Shown piece by piece: positions 45,001 to 55,076 of a stretch of 64,000 nucleotides of DNA. Below the pieces are notes generated by a model that did no database searches, was not told the origin of the DNA, and saw only the letters and a program-made list of their open reading frames with translations. The translations under genes and the position numbers were made by a program. Source of the DNA: Eledone cirrhosa. Its lineage: Eukaryota. Location of the stretch: assembly GCA_964016885.1 (NCBI GenBank), contig OZ024740.1, positions 342,488,001 to 342,552,000 of the forward strand, given 5' to 3'. The stretch's first letter is position 1. Each line of letters opens with the position of its first letter.

Positions 45001-48000
45001 TCCTATAACTTGGTTCTCTATCTTGCCTGTAGTACCCTTCTCCTATAACTTGGTTCTGTATTTTGCCTGTAGTACCCTTCTCCTATAACTTGGTTCTCTA
45101 TCTTGCTTGTAGTACCCTTCTCCTATAACTTGGTTATCTATCTTGCCTGTAGTACCATTCTCCTATAACTTGGTTCTCTATCTTGCCTATAGTACCCCTC
45201 TCCTATAACTTGCTTCTCTATCTTTGCCTGTAGTCCCCTTCTCCTATAACTTGGTTCTCTATCTTGCCTGTATTACCCCTCTCCTATAACTTGGTTCTGT
45301 ATTTTGCCTGTAGTCCCCTTCTCCTATAACTTCGTTCTCTATCTTGCCTGTAGTACCCTTCTCCTATAACTTGGTTCTCTATCTTGCCTGTAGTCCTCTT
45401 CTCCTATAACTTGGTTCTCTATCTTGCCTGTAGTACCCTTCTCCTATACCTTGGTTCTCTATCTTGCCTGTAGTACGCTTCTGCTATAACCTGGTTCTCT
45501 ATCTTGCCTGTAGTACCCTTCTCCTATAACTAGGTTCTCTATCTTGCCTGTAGTCCCCTTCTCCTATAACTTGGTTCTCTATCTTGCCTGTAGTACCCTT
45601 CTCCTATAACTTGGTTCTCTATCTTGCCTGTAGTCCCCTTCTTCTATAACTTGGTTCTCTATCTTGCTTGTAGTACCCTTCTCCTATAACTTGGTTCCCT
45701 ATCTTGCCTGTAGTACCCTTCTCCTATAAATTGGTTCTCTATCTTGCCTGTAGTGTCCTTCTCCTATAACTTGGTTCTCTATCGTGCCTGTAGTCCCCTT
45801 CTCCTATAACTTGGTTCTGTATTTTGTCTGTAGTCCCCTTCTCCTATAACTTGGTTCTCTATCTTGCCTGTAGTCCCCTTCTCCTATAACTTGGTTCTCT
45901 ATCTTGCCTGTAGTCCCCTTCTCCTATAACTTGCTTCTGTATTTTGTCTGTAGTCCCCTTCTCCTATAACTTGCTTCTCTATCTTGCCTGTAGTACCCTT
46001 CTCCTATAACTTGGTTCTCTATCTTGCCTGTAATACCCTTCTCCTATAACTTGGTTCTCTATCTCACCTGTAGTACCCTTCTCCTATAACTTGGTTCTCT
46101 ATCTTGCCTGTAGTCCCCTTCTCCTATAACTTGGTTCTCTATCTTGCCTGTAGTCCCCTTCTCCTATAACTTGGTTCTCTATCTTGTCTGTAGTACCCTT
46201 CTCCTATAACTTGGTTCTCTATCTTGCCTGTAGTACCCTTCTCCTATAACTTGGTTCTGTATTTTGCCTGTAGTACCCTTCTCCTATAACTTGGTTCTCT
46301 ATCTTGCCTGTAGTCCCCTTCTCCTATAACTTGGTTCTCTATCTTGCCTGTAGTCCCCTTCTCCTATAACTTGGTTCTCTATCTTGCCTGTAGTACCCTT
46401 CTCCTATAACTTGGTTCTCTATCTTGCCTGTAGACCCCTTCTCCTATAACCTGGTTCTCTATCTTGCTTGTAGTCCCCTTCTCCTATAACTTGGTTCTCT
46501 ATCTTGCCTGTAGTACCCTTCTCCTATAACTTGGTTCTGTATTTTGCCTGTAGTACCCTTCTCCTACAACTTGGTTCTCTATCTTGCCTGTAGTCCCCTT
46601 CTCCTATAACTTGGTTCTCTATCTTGCCTGTAGTCCCCTTCTCCTATAACTTCGTTCCCTATCTTGCCTGTAGTCCCCTTCTCCTATAACTTGGTTCTCT
46701 ATCTTACCTGTAGTACCCTTCTCCTATAACTTGGTTCTCTATCTTGCCTGTAGTCCCCTTCTCCTATAACTTGGTTCTCTATCTTGCCTGTAGTCCCCTT
46801 CTCCTATAACTTGGTTCTGTATTTTACCTGTAGTCTCCTTCTCCTATAACTTGGTTCTCTATCTTGCCTGTAGTACCCTTCTCCTATAACTTGGTTCTCT
46901 ATCTTGCTTGTAGTACCCTTCTCCTATAACTTGGTTATCTATCTTGCCTGTACTCCCCTTCTCCTATAACTTGGTTCTCTATCTTGCCTGTATTACCCCT
47001 CTCCTATAACTTGGTTCTGTATTTTGCCTGTAGTCCCTTTCTCCTATAACTTGGTTCTCTATCTTGCCTGTAGTACCCTTCTCCTATAACTTGGTTCTCT
47101 ATCTTGTCTGTAGTCCCCTTCTTCTATAACTTGGTTCTCTATCTTGCCTGTAGTGTCCTCCTCCTATAACTTGGTTCTCTATCTTGCCTGTAGTCCCCTT
47201 CTCCTATAACTTGGTTCTCTATCTTACCTGTAGTACCCTTCTCCTATAACTTGGTTCTCTATCTTGCCTGTAGTCCCCTTCTCCTATAACTTGGTTCTGT
47301 ATTTTGCCTGTAGTACCCTTCTCCTATAACTTGGTTCTCTATCTTGTCTGTAGTCCCCTTCTTCTATAACTTGGTTCTCTATCTTGCCTGTAGTGTCCTC
47401 CTCCTATAACTTGGTTCTCTATCTTGCCTGTAGTCCCCTTCTCCTATAACTTGGTTCTCTATCTTGCCTGTAGTACCCTTCTCCTATAACTTGGTTCTCT
47501 ATCTTGCCTGTAGTACCCTTCTCCTATAACTTGGTTCTGTATTTTGCCTGTAGTACCCTTCTCCTATAACTTGGTTCTCTATCTTGCCTGTAGTCCCCTT
47601 CTCCTATTACTTGGTTCTCTATCTTGCCTGTAGTCCTCTTCTCCTATAACTTGGTTCTCTATCTTGCCTGTAGTACCCTTCTCCTATAACTTGGTTCTCT
47701 ATCTTGCCAGTAGTACCCTTCTCCTATAACTTGGTTCTGTATTTTGTCTGTAGTACCCTTCTCCTATAACTTGGTTCTCTATCTTGCCTGTAGTCCCCTT
47801 CTCCTATAACTTGGTTCTCTATCTTGCCTGTAGTCCCCTTCTCCTATAACTTGGTTCTCTATCTTGCCTGTAGTCCCCTTCTCCTATAACTTGCTTCTCT
47901 ATCTTGCCTGTAGTACTCTTCTCCTATAACTTGGTTCTCTATCTTGCCTGTAGTACCCTTCTCCTATAACTTGTTTCTGTATTTTGCCTGTAGTACCCTT

Positions 48001-49123
48001 CTCCTATAACTTGGTTCTCTATCTTGCCTGTAGTCCCCTTCTCCTATAACTTGGTTCTCTATCTTGCCTGTAGTCCTCTTCTCCTATAACTTGGTTCTCT
48101 ATCTTGCCTGTAGTCCCCTTCTCCTATAACTTGCTTCTCTATCTTGCCTGTAGTACTCTTCTCCTATAACTTGGTTCTCTATCTTGCCTCTAGTACCCTT
48201 CTCCTATAACTTGTTTCTGTATCTTGCCTGTAGTCCCCTTCTCCTATAACTTGGTTCTCTATCTTGCCTGTAGTCCCCTTCTCCTATAACTTGGTTCTCT
48301 ATCTTGCCTGTAGTCCCCTTCTCCTATAACTTGGTTCTCTATCTTACCTGTAGTACCCTTCTCCTATAACTTGGTTCTCTATCTTGCCTGTAGTCCCCTT
48401 CTCCTATAACTTGGTTCTCTGTCTTGCCTGTAGTCCCCTTCTCCTATAACTTGGTTCTGTATTTTGCCTGTAGTCTCCTTCTCCTATAACTTGGTTCTCT
48501 ATCTTGCCTGTAGTACCCTTCTCCTATAACTTGGTTCTCTATCTTGCTTGTAGTACCCTTCTCCTATAACTTGGTTATCTATCTTGCCTGTAGTACCATT
48601 CTCCTATAACTTGGTTCTCTATCTTGCCTATAGTACCCCTCTCCTATAACTTGCTTCTCTATCTTTGCCTGTAGTACCCTTCTCCTATAACTTGGTTCTC
48701 TATCTTGCCTGTATTACCCCTCTCCTATAACTTGGTTCTCTATCTTGCTTGTAGTACCCTTCTCCTATAACTTGGTTCTCTATCTTGCCTGTAGTACCCT
48801 TCTCCTATAACTTGGTTCTCTATCTTGCCTGTAGTACCCTTCTCCTATAACTTGCTTCTCTATCTTGCTTGTAGTACCCTTCTCCTATAACTTGCTTCTC
48901 TATCTTGCCTGTAGTCCCCTTCTCCTATAACTTGGTTCTCTATCTTGCCTGTAGTACCCTTCTCCTATAACTTGGTTCTCTATCTTGCCTGTAGTACCCT
49001 TCTCCTATAACTTGCTTCTCTATCTTGCCTGTAGTCCCCTTCTCCTATAACTTGGTTCTCTATCTTGCCTGTAGTCCCCTTCTCCTATAACTTGGTTCTC
49101 TATTTTGCTTGTATTGCCCTTCT
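1..49123. repeat. 40-bp tandem satellite array, about 1228 monomers, consensus TGGTTCTCTATCTTGCCTGTAGT(C/A)CCCTTCTCCTATAACT; probably continues left of the window
   Basis: Exact 40-bp register from base 1 to 28770. After that the only length change I found is a recurrent +1 T variant (12 copies). The plus strand is 75% pyrimidine, the consensus has no CpG and there are no ORFs. The last partial monomer is at 49093-49123. Confidence 0.99.
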
Positions 49124-51462
49124 ATTTTTGCTGTAATTTCTAGTACACCTATGGACCACCATGAGGTTTCCCCTGTTTAGCTGATGGAGCTGGTAATAAC
49201 ATCACACCTATGGCCCACCATGGGATTTCTCCTATTTAGCTGTTCTAGCTCACCTAAATGCCACTACGAGGTTCTCCATTTTTAGCTGATGTAGCTGTTA
49301 TTTCTAGCACACTTATGGAACGCCACGAGGTTCCACAAGTTTAGCTACTATTTCTAGAACCCCCATGGACCACCATGATGTTCACCCTATTTAGCTGCTA
49401 TTTCTAGCACACCTATATGTCACCATGAGGTTCCTCCTGTTTAGCTCATGTAGCTGCTATTTCTAGCACACTTATGGACTACCACGAGGTTCCACAAATT
49501 TAGCTACTATTTCTAGAGCCCCTATGGACCACCAATGATGCCTCCACCCCTCCATTCAGATACTATTTTTAACCCACCTTTGGGCCACTGTTTGGTTCCT
49601 CTATTTAGCTGCTATTTCTAGCACACATATGGACAACCATGTGGTTTCCTTAATTTAACTGTTATTTCTAGCACACCTTTGGACCACCATGAGGTTCCCC
49701 CTATTTAGCTGATTTTTCTAGCACACATATGGACCACCATAAGGTTCATCCTATTTACCTGCTATTTCTAGCACACATATATACCTATATGATGTGACCC
49801 CGATTTAGTTGCTATTTCTAGCACACATATGGACCACCATGAGGTACTTCTGTTTAGTTGCTGTATCTGCTACTTCTAGCACACTTAGAGACAAACATGA
49901 GGTTTCTTCTATTTAGCTGCTATTTCTAGCACACCATAACACACTATGGACCACCATAAGGTTCCCCCTCTTTCGCTGCTATTTCTAGCACCCCTATGAC
50001 CACGCTAGGTTACCCCCCTATTTAGCTGCTATTTCTAGCACACCTATGGACCACCATGAGGTTTCCTTATTTAGCTGCTATTTCTAGCACACCTGTGGAC
50101 CACCATTAGGTTCCCTTAATTTAGCTGCTATTTCTAGCATACCTATGGACTACCATGAGATTCCCCTTATTTAGCTGCTATTTCTAGCACATCTGTGGAC
50201 GACCATGAGGCTCCCCCTATGTAGCTGCTTTCTCTATCACATCTATGGACCAGATTTCTAGCACACCTATGGATCACCAATGATGTCCCCCTATTTCGCT
50301 GCTATTTCTAGCACACCATTTGAGCACCATGAGGTTCCTCCTGTTTAGCTGATGTAGCTGTTATTTCTAGCGCACAAATAGTCCACCATGAGGTCCCCTA
50401 TTTAGCTGCTATTTCTAGCACACCCATGGTCCACTTTAAAGTTTCCCCTGTTTAGCTGATGTAGCTGCTATTTATAGCACACCTATGAATAACCACGAGG
50501 TTCCCCTTATTCAGCTGCTATTAGCTGATGTAGGTGCTATTTCTAGCACACCAAAATGAGGTACCCCTGTTTAGCTGATGTAGCTGCTACTTCTAGCACA
50601 CTTAGAGACAAAGATGAGGTTTCCCCTATTTAGCTGATATTTCCAGCACACCTATGGATCACCATAACGTTCCCCCTATTTAGCTGCTATTTCTAACACA
50701 CCTTTGGACCATAATAAAATTTGCCCTATTTAGCTGCTATTCTAGCACTCCTATGGACCACCATAACGTTCCCCCTATTTAGCTGCTATTTCTAACACAC
50801 CTTTGGACCATAATAAAATTTGCCCTATTTAGCTGCTATTCTAGCACTCCTATGGACCACCATAATGTTCACCCTATTTAACTGCTATTTCTAGCACACT
50901 TATGGACCTCCATGAGCTTCCCCCATTTTGCAGCTATTTCTAGCCCACCTATGGACTACCATGGGATTCCCTTTATTTAGCTTCTACTTCTAGCACACCT
51001 TTGGACCACCATGATTTTCCTCCCTATTTAGCTACTATTTCTAGCACACATATAGGCCACCATGAGGTTTTCCCTATTTAGCTTCTTTTTCTAGGACACC
51101 TTTGGTCCACCATGAGGTACCCCCTATTTCGCTGCTATTTCTAGCACACCTGTGAACCACCATGAGGTTTCCTTTATTAAGCTTTCATTTCTAGCATACT
51201 TATGGACCACCATGATGTTCCCCTATTTGGCAGCTATTTCTAGCTCTTTTTGCACCACTGTTGTGTTCCTCTGTTTAGTTGCCATTTCTGGCACCCCTTT
51301 AGACCATTATGAGGTTCCCCCTCTTTCGCTGCTATTTCTAGCACACATGTGGACGACCATGAGGTTTTCCCCTATTTAGCTGCTTTCTCTAGCACACCTA
51401 TGGACCACCATGAATTCTCCCTATTTAGCTTCTATTTCTGCACACCTATGGACCGCCATGAG
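49124..51462. repeat. Degenerate ~50-bp tandem satellite (CTATTTAGCTGCTATTTCTAGCACACCTATGGACCACCATGAGGTTCCCC), roughly 45 copies, some with a 9-bp GATGTAGCT insertion
   Basis: ATTTCTAGCA recurs at 50031, 50080, 50130 and 50180. There are many substitutions and indels. A recent ~99-bp dimer duplication lies at about 50651-50850. Confidence 0.96.
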
Positions 51463-53282
51463 TGGGTGTTTCTACTGCGGCAGTTGGACTGCTGCCTGTT
51501 GCGCATGCTATTCTTATTAGTCCTATGTGTTAACCTACTCCCTGAGGGGTCGACCTGAGTTACCCTAAGCTTGCTGGTAGGTGTTGGTAAAATACCGTCT
51601 CCATTGTTATGCCTGTATGTGGGAAATTTTTCTAGTAAGTTATTTATAGTTACATTGTCTGAATTAGTTTAGGGATCTACCTGCCTATTACCGTTTTAGG
51701 GATCTACCTGCCTATTACCATTGCTGTTATGATATTGCCCTAGGCCAGTCGCAATACTGGTTCAACTCCCATATTTCTTATTAACAAGCTCGCTGCCGCA
51801 GTGGTTATTGGTGCGCCTTGCCATTATACTAGTCCTATGGGAGGGGGACCTAGTAGAACTAGTGTCCTGTATGTAAGAAATCCTATTGTTATACCCCAAT
51901 TCGGCCAGTGGTTTGTTGTAGTAATCAGCAGTATGGTCGAAAAGGTTGGCTGATATCCTCGAGATTCTGTGGGAGATGCTACTAACTACAGAGTTGGGAT
52001 GGTTAGATGATTTGTTAATGTAAGATAGGACCTTGCTTGGCTTGTGGTACAGTCTGTATAGGCCAGTATCTAACTCTCTAATGTTACATCTAGGAAGTTA
52101 ACTACCTTATGGTTATGGTCTATTGTAACTGAGAGGCCGTACATTTTAAAGAACTTATGGATATGCTTATTGAGGTTTTCTATTCTACAGGGGTTGTGAT
52201 TCCTTACAGTAAATAGGGCGTCGTCCCTATATACACCTCCCTGTAGTGCAGGGGATCTCTTCCCTGAGCTTATGCAGGAGGTATATTCCAACCAGGCCGG
52301 TTACCTGTGCAGAGTCACTCGACCCCATCATGATATTGAAATTATTAGAACGGTTGGCTCGGGTCCAATATGAGACTTCAAAGTGTATGATGGTTCGTCT
52401 AGCTGCTAGTACTATGTCTATTTCTTTTTTAGTTAAACTAGTATTAGACCTAGCTAATATGAGGGCCTTGTTTAGAAGTATAGAGGAGATAGAGGCGTGA
52501 TAATTATCTATGTCAAATGGAATCAATTTTAATTAATCCTTATCTCGTATATTTGTGAACCATTTGACGACCTAGTCGGTATTATTCCAAAGAAGAACCT
52601 TAGTCTTATTTTTTAGCACAGGTATTATTCTATCGAGGATCACTTTGCTAATTCTACTTATATCAGAGGTGGAGGGCCATATTAATCTAACAGAGGGGTT
52701 TTCATTAAAGTTACATTTGTGATCCTTAAGAGAGAATTTCGGTGTCATAGGTTTGTATGGGTCTGTGTATTTATCAATATCTAAGCTAGTTACTATGCTC
52801 TTACCTAATCTATTTATGTTGTTGAGTGTGCTACTAGGTGTCTTTTTGTAATTCTTGTTGAGCTCATTTGAGATGAATTACCTATATCTACTTATATCTA
52901 ACTTATACAGGTCTTTGGTTTTGTCGGAGGCTACAAATAATTGTTTATCATTCCTACTTTTAGTGATGAGGGAGTCCAAAGAGTTCAGGAAAACGTTGGT
53001 GCACTTGTATCTTTTCTTAAATTTGACATTCTTGATCATATTCAGCAGGTCTTCCTCAAAGGCGTCCAACAGGGTGTTATGTGGTGGGTTCTTGTGGGTC
53101 TTAAATCCATACCTATCTTTAGGCATTGGTTGCTTAACTGCATCCTTGTCCAAATGTTAGGCCTTCCATCTGACCCTACGTATAAACAAATTAGTCGCTG
53201 CAATAAGTTGTTTGAGGTAGGTTTTTCTGCTTGGTAATGGTATAGACTTGAGAGACATCGGTAACAGTTGCTTCTCCAGCAT
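51463..53282 (-). pseudogene. PLE reverse transcriptase ORF remnant (N-terminus through thumb/linker) with stops and frameshifts
   Basis: Manual translation gives MLEKQLLPMSLKSIPLPS...RRVRWKA*...YGFKTHKNPP...VASDKT...LKDHK...VRLI...FDIDNYHASI...MGSSDSAQVTGLVGIYLL...GVYRDDAL...VNFLDVTL...YHKPS...YINKSSNHP. It ends in a low-complexity linker at the satellite junction. Confidence 0.92.
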
Positions 53283-53325
53283 GCTGGCAAGTAGCGTGTT
53301 GAGTTCAACTATAAGGAGCATGATA

Positions 53326-53565
53326 ATAATAGTGTATAAGTATCATAGGAGAGGAGGAGATAGAGAGATACAGAGAAGTGCGATACAGATTACTAAATGC
53401 CAATAGCCGAGGTGGAGTGTGCTTAATGCTTGGGTTAGCAGAGTTAAATATTAGAGAATATTTAATATTTAGTATATCGTTCAAGCAGAGCAGGAATAAG
53501 CAAATGAATGAATGAAGGAGTTGCAAGTCGTTAAAACAAGTTTTTTATATAACTGTTACACATGT
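53326..53565 (-). repeat. PLE pseudo-LTR/5' leader copy, inverted repeat of 54473-54707
   Basis: The reverse complement aligns to 54473-54707 at roughly 90% by eye (ACATGTGTAACAGTTATATAA...GATACTTATAC(A/C)CTATTAT). Confidence 0.95.
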
Positions 53566-54106
53566 CGCAAAACTATATCTGTAATAAAGCCAACGGCAAC
53601 AATGACAACAACGGTGATGGTGGTAATGATAGTAGTAATGATAGCAGCGGACCTCACCACATTAGAAATAGCAACAAAAAGAATTGCAATTGCCGAAACC
53701 CCAACAACTGTCTGCTCCAGGGCCACTGCGTGATTAGAAACGTAATCTACAAATGCACCATGATGAGTAAAAATAGTACTAGGCCTTACATAGGTGCACT
53801 TCTAATGAGTTCAAGACTAGATTTAGATCACATCTCCACTCCTTTAGAAATAAGAAACTCAGGTTCTCTACCTCCCTCGCTAATTATATTACACTATTAA
53901 TTGAATCTAACATTAGCTACACCACACAATGGGAAATAGTAGATCAAGCAACGCCATACAACTTTAGGAAAAATTGCCAGCTGTGCCTAATGGAAACATA
54001 CTATATAGTAAGCTCAGCCCATGAACTCATTAATAGTTGGGCTGAAACAGTCATAAATTGCAACCACAGACAACACTCGTTCTACAATTGGTCTCTTGAA
54101 CAATAA
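53562..54106 (+). pseudogene. PLE GIY-YIG endonuclease domain remnant (one frameshift near 53795)
   Basis: CNCRNPNNCLLQGHC...NVIYKC...YIG, then after the frameshift TSNEFKTRFRSHLHSFRN...STSLANYI...WEIVDQATPY...CQLCLMETYYI...LINSWAETVINCNH. Stop TAA at 54104-54106. Confidence 0.9.
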
Positions 54107-54440
54107 TAACATCCTATCCTCGCAGCTGTCTACATCGCACCACCATTTAGTCCATCTGCAATAAGTAGGCCTAAGTACAGTGTTTAATGACGTTATTAAG
54201 CAGCCACCCGATTTTTACCTAGGCACTGCCCATCACCTACTGAGTTAGGCTCACCCTGTTAAACCACCCCTTTAGTTGGGATAAACTAAAATAATTTTTT
54301 AGAGTAACTTACTGCCTAACATCGTGCAGTTACCTCCCCTAGTGGATTATGCCCCTTTCACCGGCTCCATTGTTGTTATTTTTTCGCCTAGACGTTAACC
54401 TGAGGAAATGATTTATAATTATTGATGACATTACATAATC

Positions 54441-54490
54441 AATTATTTCTCTGAGGAGTCCGTGTGGGCGAAACATGTGTAACAGTTATA
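54441..54490 (+). ncRNA. Minimal type I hammerhead ribozyme-like motif in the PLE pLTR (probably degenerate)
   Basis: CTGAGGA (54451-54457), stem II GTCC-GTGT-GGGC, GAAA, short stem III containing palindromic ACATGT and a GTA cleavage triplet (54479-54481). Stem I pairs poorly. Minimal hammerheads are established features of PLE pLTRs. Confidence 0.7.
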
Positions 54491-54707
54491 TAAGGAAGTT
54501 GTTTTAACGGCTTGTAACTCCTTCATTCATTTGCTTATTCCTGTTCTGCATGAACAATATACTAAATGTTAAATCTTCTCTAATATTTAACTCTGCTAAC
54601 CCAAACATTGAGCACACTCCACCTCGGTTATTGGCATTTAGTAATCTGTATCATACTTCTCTGTATTCTCTGTTTCCTCCTCTCCTACGATACTTATACC
54701 CTATTAT
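54473..54707 (+). repeat. PLE 3' pseudo-LTR/tail copy, inverted repeat of 53326-53565
   Basis: Direct alignment to the reverse complement of 53326-53565. It ends against a short CA/TA-rich tract (54708-54733). Confidence 0.95.
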
Positions 54708-54763
54708 ACATATACACACATACACACATATATGTAAATGTATTTCATTCTTACTTCCCTTAG

Positions 54764-54950
54764 CTATGTGTTAATGGACAGAAAGCTATCATAGGTGTCT
54801 CCCTTAATAATGGTATGTGGCAACATCTGGCTGTAACCTGGACTAGTACAAAAGGAAAATGGCAGCTTTATTTGAATGGTACAAAAATTGCTGATGGAAA
54901 AGGACTTGCTACAGGAACCAGTCTGCCCCGAGGAGGAAACTTGTTTATTG
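54764..54950 (+). CDS. Internal coding exon, pentraxin (PTX/LamG-like) domain of an SVEP1-like protein
   Basis: Acceptor TTCTTACTTCCCTTAG| and donor |GTAAAT. Encodes LCVNGQKAIIGVSLNNGMWQHLAVTWTSTKGKWQLYLNGTKIADGKGLATGTSLPRGGNLFI(G), which fits the pentraxin DG.WHH...TW....G.W..Y.DG pattern. Confidence 0.9.
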
Positions 54951-55076
54951 GTAAATTTTTATTTGAAACTTCTAACATATTCTTTCATAAATTAACTATT
55001 CTTTCTATAAATTAACTAGTTCCATATATACTCAAATATAATCCGATCCAAATAGAAGCTGACTCTTATTTTATGT

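Larger units (their letters stand above)
51463..54707. mobile_element. Decayed Penelope-like element (C-terminal GIY-YIG type, possibly Hydra clade) with an inverted 5' part
   Basis: PLE-type RT on the minus strand, GIY-YIG on the plus strand, an inverted pair of ~240-bp pLTR copies and a hammerhead core motif. No TSD seen. The clade assignment is from recalled motifs. Confidence 0.9.

Noticed and set aside
1-49123. Canonical recursive splice sites in the monomer
   Set aside because: These need AG|GT. The monomer has AG|TC, AG|TA or AG|AC, and GTAGT is a poor donor.
1-51462. CRISPR array or coding tandem repeat
   Set aside because: Monomers are contiguous with no unique spacers and there are no cas genes. 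The 40-mer has stop codons on both strands and a length not divisible by 3.
51152-51558. ORFs of 75 and 69 aa in the 50-mer satellite
   Set aside because: Chance open frames in degenerate repeat sequence with no domain signal.
53309-53560. Retained intron in the PLE 5' leader (minus-strand CCTTATAG acceptor near 53309)
   Set aside because: Plausible for PLEs, but no convincing donor could be identified.
54169-54224. SECIS-like hairpin (GCCTAAGTA...ATGAC...AA...CGAT...TACCTAGGC) downstream of the PLE ORF
   Set aside because: Helix II is too short and unpaired, and the GIY-YIG cysteines are TGC/TGT rather than TGA. The selenoprotein PLEs I know of are N-terminal-EN Naiads, unlike this element. 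Revisit only if the family consensus restores the helix.
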